Assembly: GCA_050303335.1 (NCBI GenBank) | Contig: JBNLBN010000001.1 | Coordinates: forward strand, 42,239 to 106,238 | Length of the DNA: 64,000 nt | DNA from: Candidatus Micrarchaeia archaeon | GTDB taxonomy: Archaea; Micrarchaeota; Micrarchaeia; Anstonellales; Bilamarchaeaceae | Reading direction: 5' to 3' | Part shown: positions 7,100 through 16,419 of the stretch, one piece after another | Layout: the number at the start of each line of letters is the position of its first letter | How positions within the stretch are numbered: the first letter of the stretch is position 1 | Notes under the pieces: generated by a model | Databases searched by the model: none | What the model was told of the DNA's origin: nothing | The model's input: only the letters and a program-made list of their open reading frames with translations | Program-made: the position numbers and the translations under genes

Positions 7100-10063
7100 A
7101 TGCTTTCATTTGATATTCTGACATTCCTATTTTGGGTACTTGTATCCACGTTCATCCCGGGGGCGATCCTCGGCTTCGCTCTTTTTAAGAGCTTCAACAA
7201 CATCGAGAAAAAGATCATGGGTTTTGCCGTGGCCTTCATAAGCCTGCCGCTTATCCCGTTCCTGCTTAATCTTTTATTGGGAATCAAGTATTCCTATGAA
7301 CTTGCACTTCTTTCAGTTGCAATAATTTACATAATATCAATTGCACTATTTGTATACAACAAGAGTTACAAGGAAATCCGGCTCCCGAAAATGGACCGGG
7401 AACTTGCAATCACAGTTGCCCTTATCCTCATATTGGTGCTCTCGTATCTTGTTAGGATCGGGTCATACAGTCCGATTTTCCAGGAACTCGACCCGTACTT
7501 TTATACATATTCTGCACAGCAGCTGATCACTCTCGGAGAAAACCCGCTTGATGACCAGACAGCCTGGTACCCTGAGATGAATGTGAACCACAGGGTAATT
7601 CCCGCCCTTTCGTATACAGAGGCGATATGGTATTCCCTATATACCGGGGGAGGGGAATATGACAACCTCCTTATGGCAGTGATAGCCGGAATGTATCCGC
7701 CTATTGCAGCTGTCCTTGCAGTGTTCTTCATCTATCTTCTGATCTCTGTCATCGGGACAAGAGAGCTGGGAGTGCTCACTGCAGGAATTGCATCATTCGT
7801 TCCGATATTCATCTACAAGCTCTCGGCCGGAGAGATGGAAGTCCAGCCATATGCATTTTTTGCCCTGATGTTCCTGTATGCGATGTATGCCATCATGATC
7901 ACAAGGAAGGACATGAAATTCGCAGTCCTTGCGGGGCTCGGATTTGCGGCAGTTTCCCTTGGAAGTTCCAGCCAGCTCCTTGCTCTTGCATCCCTGATGA
8001 TTTTCGTTGTCCTGCAGTCAGTTTTCTATTATCTAAAGAACAAGGACCTTGAATTTTTGATTAAATCGAATGCCGTGATTTTCATAATCGGCCCATTACT
8101 GGGATCATTCATCAAGAATTTCTTCATCGCCGGTTCGATTACATTATCTATTGCAGCACCGTTCCTGCTTGTTCTCATCTTAGCAGCCCTTCTCTACTAT
8201 CTCGGGAAGAACGTTCCCAGCAGGGATACGCAATACATGATCCTTGCAACTGTAGCAATTCTTGCACTCGTACTCTTTGTCTTCACCCCGCTTGGCGATG
8301 TCGTCAAAAAAATCGGATCGTCAGGATTCGGTTTCGCCTCGTTCAATGCGCCGCTTGACCGGACCATTGCAGAACAGGGCCTTGCATCAGGCGGGCTTGA
8401 GCCGCAGCTGGGATTCATCTCCTTTACTCCAGATCCGAACAATGTCATAGAGCTTGTGTCCTATGCCGCATTCCTGCCATTTACAATTATTGCGAATATC
8501 GTCCTTACAATCACAGTTTCACTCCTGAATGCCTTCCTTGGAACATCAGTTGATTTCATTGACCGGGCAAACAGCTTTTCCATGCTTATAATAGTCCTCT
8601 TCTGGGCGGCCCTTTCATATTCCCTTTACAAGATGTACAGGAAGGACGAGGATGACCTTCCATTGTTGTTCCTGGCAATCATCATGCCGCCGTTCCTTGT
8701 GGGGATACTCAAGGCAAAATTCACGATCTATGCAGGAGTTATGCTGGCACTTGCTGTCGGATACCTTCTTTCGGTATTCTCTAAGATCGAGTTCAAGATT
8801 CCAGGTCTTAACATCAATTCGAATATGCTCATGCTCATACTGGGCGCGCTCCTGCTGGTCGGCCAGTTCACATACAACGGCCTTGCAATTAATCTGGCAT
8901 ACGGTTCATTCATCCCGCTATACCAGAACGATCCCATGGCACTCCAGGAGAAGTTCCAGGCAATCTGCGAGGACACCTTTGATCCAACCATTTGCGCTGC
9001 CGCAGATGATCCTGTCGGTTATGCGGGCAGGGGGATCAACTACCAGTACGACCAGAAGCTCTGCCTCCTTTCCGTATTCACTGATTACACTTACCTGTCA
9101 TCAGGAATGGCTCCTGCTGACCAGAGAACGATAGCATATTTCCGCTGCCAGAGGATATCAGACTACTGGATAGACTCGATGGAATGGATCAAAAAGAACA
9201 CAGAGCCTGATGCACGCATCATCTCTTGGTGGGACTACGGCCACTGGGAGAACTTCTTCGGCCAGAGGAACGCAGTAATCAGGAACGATCACAAGAACAA
9301 GGAGATGATCGGCGCTGTGGCCAACTATTACCTAGATGCAACGCCTCAGGAACTTATATCATACATGAAATCGCACGACAGCGAATACGCATTGTTCGAT
9401 GTTGAACTCGTTTCAAGCGGAAACATGCTCGGAGGCAAATACGGTGCGCTGAATTACCTTTCATGCGCGTGGAACAATGAGACCACGGTGGCAAATTCAC
9501 CAGGAACCTCGCTTTGCGAGGCCGAACATTTATGGGAAATCATTTATGTTTCGCAGTCTCCATGCACAGTTTCAGCACTTTCCGACAAGACCGGACTCAC
9601 AGCCTACAAAATATATGCAAACGGGGTCTACAGGCCTTATTATCCGAATGATTGTGTCTCTCCTTCCGACCAGGCAGTTGTATCAGGCTGCCAGAATGCG
9701 ATCCAGGCAGTCCCGACCTATTGTGTTGCAGAGGCGATGCTTGCAAACGGGCAACCGGCCACTGCGACTTACTATCTTGATGAAAAGTACCCGAACGGCG
9801 ACCTGAAGCTCAACAAGGCCATACTGCAGTTCCCGTTCTCGCTCCCCAACTCAGTCCATATGGGGCCTGCGACCGGCGTGACCCTTCTTTATACAGAAGA
9901 TCCGGTATGGCTCGAGAACGGGGAGATAAAATCAGGCTACGAGGACCGGAAAGGCAAGTTCTATGATTCCAATCTGTACAATGCCATATTCACAGAATCT
10001 CTTGAAGGATTCGACTTCGTATACGCGACGGACCAGATAAAAATATTCAAAATAGCTGAGTGA
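7100..10063 (+). CDS. aglB: Archaeal oligosaccharyltransferase AglB (STT3 family)
   Basis: 987 aa. It has a multi-TM N-terminal half and the WWDYGHW motif (WWDYG catalytic signature), followed by a long C-terminal soluble domain. Confidence 0.8.
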   Translation: MLSFDILTFLFWVLVSTFIPGAILGFALFKSFNNIEKKIMGFAVAFISLPLIPFLLNLLLGIKYSYELALLSVAIIYIISIALFVYNKSYKEIRLPKMDRELAITVALILILVLSYLVRIGSYSPIFQELDPYFYTYSAQQLITLGENPLDDQTAWYPEMNVNHRVIPALSYTEAIWYSLYTGGGEYDNLLMAVIAGMYPPIAAVLAVFFIYLLISVIGTRELGVLTAGIASFVPIFIYKLSAGEMEVQPYAFFALMFLYAMYAIMITRKDMKFAVLAGLGFAAVSLGSSSQLLALASLMIFVVLQSVFYYLKNKDLEFLIKSNAVIFIIGPLLGSFIKNFFIAGSITLSIAAPFLLVLILAALLYYLGKNVPSRDTQYMILATVAILALVLFVFTPLGDVVKKIGSSGFGFASFNAPLDRTIAEQGLASGGLEPQLGFISFTPDPNNVIELVSYAAFLPFTIIANIVLTITVSLLNAFLGTSVDFIDRANSFSMLIIVLFWAALSYSLYKMYRKDEDDLPLLFLAIIMPPFLVGILKAKFTIYAGVMLALAVGYLLSVFSKIEFKIPGLNINSNMLMLILGALLLVGQFTYNGLAINLAYGSFIPLYQNDPMALQEKFQAICEDTFDPTICAAADDPVGYAGRGINYQYDQKLCLLSVFTDYTYLSSGMAPADQRTIAYFRCQRISDYWIDSMEWIKKNTEPDARIISWWDYGHWENFFGQRNAVIRNDHKNKEMIGAVANYYLDATPQELISYMKSHDSEYALFDVELVSSGNMLGGKYGALNYLSCAWNNETTVANSPGTSLCEAEHLWEIIYVSQSPCTVSALSDKTGLTAYKIYANGVYRPYYPNDCVSPSDQAVVSGCQNAIQAVPTYCVAEAMLANGQPATATYYLDEKYPNGDLKLNKAILQFPFSLPNSVHMGPATGVTLLYTEDPVWLENGEIKSGYEDRKGKFYDSNLYNAIFTESLEGFDFVYATDQIKIFKIAE

Positions 10064-10064
10064 A

Positions 10065-11378
10065 ATGTATTCAAAAAAAATCACAGAGGAACTCAAGAAG
10101 AAAAAGATCGACATCGGCGACACGGTCAGCGTAACTTCAAAAGGAAAGCTTTTCGAGGGGCTCCTGATGCCGAAACCGGACCTCGGCGATCCTGAGGTCC
10201 TTGTCCTGAAATTGTCAAGCGGATACAATATCGGCATAACCCCAGAATCAATAGATCTTGTCGCAACTACCGGCTCAAGGTATTCCGAAGAGGATCCTCC
10301 TGAAGCGGCAAAAGACGGAGACATCGCGATTCTCGGATGCGGAGGGACCATTGCATCCAAAATAGAATACACGACCGGTGCAGTGTACCCGTCCATCCGC
10401 CCGAAGGAACTTCGTGCTGCTTTCCCTGAACTTTCAAAATGGCCCATCCACTCAAGGCAGATCTTTTCCCTTTTTTCGGACGACATGAATTCCTACCACT
10501 GGAAGATCATAGCAGATCATGTGGAAGAGGAAATTAAGTCCGGATCATCAGGCGTTGTCCTGATGCATGGAACTGACACAATGTCATACACATCATCGAT
10601 GCTCAGTTTCATGCTTAAAAATCTCCCTATTCCTGTCATTGTCGTGGGTTCCCAGAGGAGCAGCGACAGGCCTTCAAGCGAGAACAAGATGAATCTGCTC
10701 AATTCCGTGTATGCTTCGACAAAGGACCTTGGAGAGGTCGCTGTGTGCATGCATGCTGATACCAACGACCATTTTTGCTACATCCACAGGGGAACAAGGG
10801 TTAGGAAGATGCACACTTCAAGAAGGGATGCATTCCAATCAATAAATTCCAGGCCGCTTTTCAGGGTTGACTACAAGAATGATATTTTTGAAAAAATCGG
10901 CGAACCAATGCACAGGTCCCACAAGGGTTTTGAAGCAAAGAAGAAAATCAACGACAATGTCGCAATGGTATTTGTCCATCCTAACATGAAGCCGGAAATG
11001 ATCTCTGGGCTTTCGGATTATGACGGCGTTGTGCTGATTGGAACAGGCCTCGGCCACACGCCTGTTGGAGCCTTCGGGGTCAAGCACGTCAAGGGCATAC
11101 TGGGTCCTGTAAAGGAACTTATTGATTCTGACATTCCTGTCGTGATGTCCTCCCAGTGCATCACCGGAAGGATATGCATGAGGGTGTATACGAACGGAAG
11201 ACTGCTCAAGGAAGCCGGGGTAATAGGAGATGACTGCGACTGGACCCCCGAAGTCGCATTCACCAAGCTTTCCTGGGTCCTCGGCCAGACAAGGAAGATG
11301 GACGAAGTCCGGAGACTGATGGAAACGAATATCGCCGGTGAAATATCAGATCATTCAATTCTTGGTGATTACAAATGA
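10065..11378 (+). CDS. gatD: Glu-tRNA(Gln) amidotransferase subunit D
   Basis: Asparaginase-like motifs ILGCGGTIAS and HGTDTM. It is immediately upstream of gatE with an ATGA overlap. Confidence 0.8.
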   Translation: MYSKKITEELKKKKIDIGDTVSVTSKGKLFEGLLMPKPDLGDPEVLVLKLSSGYNIGITPESIDLVATTGSRYSEEDPPEAAKDGDIAILGCGGTIASKIEYTTGAVYPSIRPKELRAAFPELSKWPIHSRQIFSLFSDDMNSYHWKIIADHVEEEIKSGSSGVVLMHGTDTMSYTSSMLSFMLKNLPIPVIVVGSQRSSDRPSSENKMNLLNSVYASTKDLGEVAVCMHADTNDHFCYIHRGTRVRKMHTSRRDAFQSINSRPLFRVDYKNDIFEKIGEPMHRSHKGFEAKKKINDNVAMVFVHPNMKPEMISGLSDYDGVVLIGTGLGHTPVGAFGVKHVKGILGPVKELIDSDIPVVMSSQCITGRICMRVYTNGRLLKEAGVIGDDCDWTPEVAFTKLSWVLGQTRKMDEVRRLMETNIAGEISDHSILGDYK

Positions 11379-13141
11379 AGATGGGCCTTGAGATACACCA
11401 GAGACTGGATTCGAACAAGCTCTTCTGCCAGAACAAGTCCGAACTTACTGAAAAGGAACCAACAGTCATAATCCAGCGAAGGCTTCACCCTGTCCTATCC
11501 GAACTCGGTGAAGTGGATCTTGCATCCAAAGCCGAATTCTCCAAGGACAGGATATACGAATACCAGGCGTTCGAGGACTACAACTGCCTTGTCGAAACTG
11601 ATGAGGAGCCTCCCAGGTCGATGAACCTGGATGCGCTTAAGATCGCTCTTGAAATATCGCTCCAGCTCAATGCAACTCCAGTGGATGAAGTCCAGGTAAT
11701 GAGGAAAATCGTTATTGACGGAAGCAACACATCCGGTTTCCAGAGGACTTCCATAATAGCGCTGAACGGACACGTGGACACATCAAAGGGACCGGTAAAA
11801 ATCCCGACAATAGCTATAGAGGAGGAGAGTGCAGGGATCGTATCCAACACTGATACCAAAGTCGTATACCGCCTCGATCGGCTCGGTATCCCGCTGATAG
11901 AGATTACTACGGATCCAGACATTAAGGACCCTGAACATCTTAAGGAAACCGCTGAAAAGATCGGTATGATACTGCGTGCAACCGGAAAGGTCGCCCGGGG
12001 GCTCGGAACGATCAGGCAGGATGTCAACATTTCAACAGAAGGAGGCGCCAGGGTGGAAATCAAGGGCGCACAGGACCTGAAATCCCTTCCAGAACTTGCA
12101 AACAATGAAGTAAAAAGGCAGACGGAAGTTCTGAAGATCATCCATGAATTGAGGGTGAAAAAAGCCATCCCTTTCAAAAGCGATCCGGTGGATGCAACGT
12201 CCATATTCAAAGATACGAAATCAAAGATGATCTCAAAGGGCATAAGTTCAGGCTCATCTGTCCTTGCATGCAAGCTCCCACATTTCAAAGGATTCCTTGG
12301 AATTGAGATCCTACCGGGAAAACGCTTCGGGACAGAGCTTTCGAACTATGCAAAGATGGCAGGGGTAAAAGGATTGATACACGGTGATGAGGACCTCTCA
12401 AAATATCCTCTGGAAAAAGAGGAGGTCACGAGACTTGAGAAGGCCCTTGGAATTACGAAATCAGACGTATTCATCATGGTGGTTGCCCCGGAAGCCCAGG
12501 CCCGGCGGGCACTGGAATTCTCACTCAGGAGGGCCAACATGGATTTTGTCCCGAAGGAAACGAGGAAGGCGAATCCAGACAGCACCTCAAGCTACATGAG
12601 GCCCCTTCCCGGAAAGGCGAGACTGTATCCTGAAACGGACGTCCCGCCGATCAGGATAACAAAAGAGATCCTCGCATCCATTGCGAGTTCAGAATCCCTT
12701 GAGGAAAAACAGGCCCGTCTCGAAAATCTCCTCAACAAGGAAATGGCCAAGAAGATGCTGAAATCAAGAAGCCTCCACATTTTCGAAAAACTTGTCGAAT
12801 CCGGAGCAGATCCCATGCTTGCAGCAACAACGATCGAAAACACGCTCGTATCCCTAAGAAGGGAAGGAGTCGAGATAGAGAATGTTGAAATGGCCCTGGA
12901 AAAACTCTTCGAGGAATTCAGCAAGGGAACGTTCGTGAAGGCAGCGATACCTGATGTTCTCAAGGGAATGGCAAAAGGCGCAAGCGCTGAATCGGTGATA
13001 AAGGTCTACCGCCTGCAGAAAATATCCGGAAAGGAACTCGAAAAGCTTGTGGAGAATGAAGGCCGTGACCTGAAGAAGATAATGGCAAAGTACAGGCTGC
13101 AGGTCGATCCGAAGGAAGTAGCTGCACTGATAAAGAAGTGA
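11375..13141 (+). CDS. gatE: Glu-tRNA(Gln) amidotransferase subunit E
   Basis: 588 aa. The GatB/E-like core shows typical GatE N-terminal features (MGLEIHQRL and others). It is paired with gatD. Confidence 0.8.
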   Translation: MKMGLEIHQRLDSNKLFCQNKSELTEKEPTVIIQRRLHPVLSELGEVDLASKAEFSKDRIYEYQAFEDYNCLVETDEEPPRSMNLDALKIALEISLQLNATPVDEVQVMRKIVIDGSNTSGFQRTSIIALNGHVDTSKGPVKIPTIAIEEESAGIVSNTDTKVVYRLDRLGIPLIEITTDPDIKDPEHLKETAEKIGMILRATGKVARGLGTIRQDVNISTEGGARVEIKGAQDLKSLPELANNEVKRQTEVLKIIHELRVKKAIPFKSDPVDATSIFKDTKSKMISKGISSGSSVLACKLPHFKGFLGIEILPGKRFGTELSNYAKMAGVKGLIHGDEDLSKYPLEKEEVTRLEKALGITKSDVFIMVVAPEAQARRALEFSLRRANMDFVPKETRKANPDSTSSYMRPLPGKARLYPETDVPPIRITKEILASIASSESLEEKQARLENLLNKEMAKKMLKSRSLHIFEKLVESGADPMLAATTIENTLVSLRREGVEIENVEMALEKLFEEFSKGTFVKAAIPDVLKGMAKGASAESVIKVYRLQKISGKELEKLVENEGRDLKKIMAKYRLQVDPKEVAALIKK

Positions 13142-13145
13142 ATCG

Positions 13146-13640
13146 ATGGTCAACCCGTGCGCACTCTGCAAAGCAAACTGCTGCAAGACCTATATCATTA
13201 CCGTTACATCGTTCGATGTAAAAAGGATAATTGAGAAGGGACACAAACCGGATTTCGTCAAGTTCCACCCACCAAATCTCCTTGCTTATGATCCTGATTC
13301 TGTTCTTGATTTTACCGATGATTATCGAGGGGGATTGCTCGGATTCAAGTCACACCCATGCAATTTTATCAAGAACAACAGGTGCACGATATATGAATAT
13401 TCTCCCCTTTCCTGCAAGAGGTATCCATTCGATCTTTCGGGTAAAATCAACACCCGCCTCTGCCCGGTCGTCCCGTCGCTGGCATTCCGCCTGACCGGAG
13501 TCAGCATTACCCACGAAGAAGTGCTCTCAGAATATAATGAATATCGGAGGATAGTCCAGGAATGGAACAAGTCTCCTGGCAAAAAGAGTGAGTGCCTGGA
13601 ATTCCTTCTTGAGTCTACTTCTTTAGCAGAAAAGAAATAA
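13146..13640 (+). CDS. YkgJ-family putative zinc/iron-chelating protein (CxxCxxxCC)
   Basis: CALCKANCC motif at the N-terminus. 164 aa. Confidence 0.5.
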   Translation: MVNPCALCKANCCKTYIITVTSFDVKRIIEKGHKPDFVKFHPPNLLAYDPDSVLDFTDDYRGGLLGFKSHPCNFIKNNRCTIYEYSPLSCKRYPFDLSGKINTRLCPVVPSLAFRLTGVSITHEEVLSEYNEYRRIVQEWNKSPGKKSECLEFLLESTSLAEKK

Positions 13641-14412
13641 CAAACAGGATTATAGACACCATAACAATGGCGCCTCCTGATGCCAGGTCAAACCAGAATG
13701 AAAGGAACAATCCGAGGACAACAGATGTCAGGCCGAATATGGCAGAAAGTACGAGCGTTCCGCCAAAAGACCGTGAAACCTGAAGAGCAGCTGCAGGAGG
13801 TATGATCAGAAAAGATGAGATAAGTATTATCCCTACTATCCTTATTGATATGACTACGACGACAGCGGTTAGCACTATCAGTAATGTGTTCAGCCTTTTT
13901 ACAGGAACCCCAGATACCCTTGCACTCGTCTCGTCAAAGCACATGTACATGAGGTCCTTGCTGTAAACCAGGAGCAGGATTGCTACAATCGATCCGAGTC
14001 CGAGTGCCATTATCACGTCCTCTTCACTTATGGAAATGATGTTTCCGAAAAGGAAATAGTGCAGGTCCACGGAAAACCCGTGCGCAAGACTTATCAGTAT
14101 CACACCAAGTGCCAGGGCGAATGAAAACACGATTCCTATCGAAACATCCCCGTAAATCTTTGCATAGTCCCTTAGCTTTTCAATAGCAAGAGCAGAAAGG
14201 ACAGAAAAGACAAGTGCCACTCCGAAGGGAAGATAATTAAGGAACAATCCGAGTGCCACACCGCCGAATGCTATATGGCTGAGACCGTCTCCTATCAGGG
14301 CCATCCTTCGCAGTATCAGGAATACTCCTACGAGTGCTGTTGTGATTGCAATGACCGACCCTGCAATCAGGGCCTTTTGCATGAATCCATATCCAAGTAT
14401 TTCAAACATCAT
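13615..14412 (-). CDS. Metal (Zn/Mn-type) ABC transporter permease
   Basis: 265 aa polytopic membrane protein. It is the last gene of the SBP-ATPase-permease operon on this strand. ZnuB/MntB-like. Confidence 0.7.
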   Translation of the reverse strand: MMFEILGYGFMQKALIAGSVIAITTALVGVFLILRRMALIGDGLSHIAFGGVALGLFLNYLPFGVALVFSVLSALAIEKLRDYAKIYGDVSIGIVFSFALALGVILISLAHGFSVDLHYFLFGNIISISEEDVIMALGLGSIVAILLLVYSKDLMYMCFDETSARVSGVPVKRLNTLLIVLTAVVVVISIRIVGIILISSFLIIPPAAALQVSRSFGGTLVLSAIFGLTSVVLGLFLSFWFDLASGGAIVMVSIILFVISFLLKK

Positions 14413-15131
14413 ATCCTCTCTGTAAGTTCCCAGATCTTCTCCTTGTTGAACTTTTGCGGATCTCCGTCAAAGACCACTTTCCTGTTAAGTACTATGACCC
14501 TGTTCACATGCTGGAGCACCTGCCCGATGTCATGCGTTATCAGGATTATTGTTATCTCCATTTCCTTGTTCAGCTTCTGCAGGAGGTCATAGAAGCTGTG
14601 CTGGCTGTTGTAATCCATAGCAGCAGTAGGTTCATCGAGGAACAGTATCTCCGCGTTTCCTGCAAGAGTTTTTGCAATGAACACCCTTTGTCTCTGTCCT
14701 CCTGAAAGAGATCCGATCCTCCTGTCTTTCAGGTCGTAGATTCCTACGATTTTCATGGCCTCAATTGCCGCCTTCCTGTCCTCATTATCGAAGCTGCGAA
14801 GTATCCCCTTCTTTCTGGACAGCCTGCCCATCAGGACCACTTCCATTACAGTTGCAGGAAATTTGAAATCAAAGTCCTCGACCGTCTGCTGGACATACCC
14901 AATCTTCTGCCAGTCATTGAAAGTTCCAATGTCATTTCCGAGGATACGTATTGATCCTGTATTTGGTTCCAGCAGGCCGAGCGAAAGTTTCATGAGGGTG
15001 GATTTTCCAGTACCGTTGTGCCCAAGAAGGGCGACGAATGCACCTTTCTTGATTTTCAGTTCAATCTTGTCAAGCACCTTGTGCTCGCCATATGAAAAAT
15101 CAACATCAGAAAATACCAGGGAATCACTCAC
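14409..15131 (-). CDS. Metal ABC transporter ATP-binding protein
   Basis: Walker A GHNGTGKST, ABC signature LSGGQRQR, Walker B ILFLDEP. Confidence 0.8.
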   Translation of the reverse strand: MSDSLVFSDVDFSYGEHKVLDKIELKIKKGAFVALLGHNGTGKSTLMKLSLGLLEPNTGSIRILGNDIGTFNDWQKIGYVQQTVEDFDFKFPATVMEVVLMGRLSRKKGILRSFDNEDRKAAIEAMKIVGIYDLKDRRIGSLSGGQRQRVFIAKTLAGNAEILFLDEPTAAMDYNSQHSFYDLLQKLNKEMEITIILITHDIGQVLQHVNRVIVLNRKVVFDGDPQKFNKEKIWELTERI

Positions 15132-15975
15132 AGTCCAGCGCCTCCTTCATTGTGACAAGATTCTGATCCATTACTTCTATATAACTCTTCTGATCTTGTG
15201 GCGAATATGCCTCAATGGGGCTGAAAACCGCAGTTTTTCCGTCTATCTCGTTTGCAATCGCCTCGGACAGCTTCGGTGATATGTATTCCTCGAAAAATAT
15301 GTGAGTTGCCCCCTTCTCCTTTGCTTCCTTTATAAGTTCGTCCAGGTCAGCAAGAGACACTTCTCCCTCGGGCTCGAAGTTGTCAATAATTGCAACCTGT
15401 TCAAGCCCGTAGTCTGCTGCAAGGTATCCGAATGCAGCATGCGATACAAACATTTCCCTGTGCCTGCAGTTTTTTGTCCCTTCCGTATAACGGGAATCAA
15501 GTTCTTCCAGTTTAGCAAGGTACTCTTCCTTGTTCCTTTTGAACACTTCCCTCTTTTCCGGATATTTCCTGATCAGTTCATCTGCAATATGTTCGGCCAT
15601 TACCCTTGCCTTCCTCGGGCTCAGCCAGGTATGCGGGTCCTTTACGCCTTTGGTATCAATCAGCGGAATCTTTTCGCTTGCAGATATCACGTAAATATCA
15701 TTGCTCACAACGCCTACTGTTTTATGGATCCACAGTTCAAAATAGTCATTCGTGTATATTATTGCATCGGCATTCTCCAGCTTTACGATATCCTGCGGGG
15801 TGGGTTCGTATGAATGTGCATTGAGTCCCGGAGGAAGCATCAGCCACACTTCGATCTCCTCACCTACAATGCTCCTTGTCATATCGTAGACTGGATAGCT
15901 TGTCGTTGCAATGAACCCCGAACCTATCTCGCTTGTACAGCCGAAAACCAGGAATAAAAGAATGAGCCATCTCAT
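15124..15975 (-). CDS. Metal-binding periplasmic/surface substrate-binding protein (TroA/ZnuA cluster 9 family)
   Basis: 283 aa with a lipobox-like LVFGCTS and conserved His-containing segments (DPHTW, HAAFGY). Confidence 0.7.
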   Translation of the reverse strand: MRWLILLFLVFGCTSEIGSGFIATTSYPVYDMTRSIVGEEIEVWLMLPPGLNAHSYEPTPQDIVKLENADAIIYTNDYFELWIHKTVGVVSNDIYVISASEKIPLIDTKGVKDPHTWLSPRKARVMAEHIADELIRKYPEKREVFKRNKEEYLAKLEELDSRYTEGTKNCRHREMFVSHAAFGYLAADYGLEQVAIIDNFEPEGEVSLADLDELIKEAKEKGATHIFFEEYISPKLSEAIANEIDGKTAVFSPIEAYSPQDQKSYIEVMDQNLVTMKEALDCE

Positions 15976-16361
15976 CAGATCTTCCTCCCATGGGGGTCAA
16001 GCTTCGGCTCACCAAGGAATCTATAGAGCTTCCTTACCATCTCATCGCTTACTGCATGTTCCATTCTGCAAGCTTCTTCATGTATCTTTCCTTTTTTCAT
16101 CCCGAGTTTTTCAAATAGGAATGTTTCAAGCACCCTGTGCCTGAAGTTCATCTTCTTTGCGACCATTTTCCCTTTTGGGGTAAGATATATCCTGCCGTAC
16201 CTTTCCTTTTCAACATATCCTTTATCAGACAATTTGGAAAGCGTTATTGCTACGGTGTTTTTGGAAAGCCCAAGCTCCTTTGCGATGTCGATGGACCTGG
16301 CACCGTTATCGCTTATCTTGTCAATAAGACGGCAGTACTCCTCGATGGTTTGTTTCTCCAT
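15975..16361 (-). CDS. DtxR/MntR-family metal-dependent transcriptional repressor
   Basis: 128 aa with an N-terminal HTH. It resembles iron- or manganese-dependent repressors and is the first gene of the metal-transport operon. Confidence 0.7.
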   Translation of the reverse strand: MEKQTIEEYCRLIDKISDNGARSIDIAKELGLSKNTVAITLSKLSDKGYVEKERYGRIYLTPKGKMVAKKMNFRHRVLETFLFEKLGMKKGKIHEEACRMEHAVSDEMVRKLYRFLGEPKLDPHGRKI

Positions 16362-16366
16362 GAAAA

Positions 16367-16382
16367 GTTCTACCTATAGAAC
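16367..16382. promoter_or_regulatory. Perfect 6-4-6 inverted repeat GTTCTAcctaTAGAAC, the candidate operator for the DtxR-family repressor
   Basis: The palindrome is read directly from the sequence. It lies immediately upstream of the repressor start codon (16361), between that start and a ctattaaaa TATA-like element (16384-16392 on the minus strand). Confidence 0.45.
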
Positions 16383-16419
16383 ATTTTAATAGCTTTTGCC
16401 TGTCCATGTTCGCTGCCGG

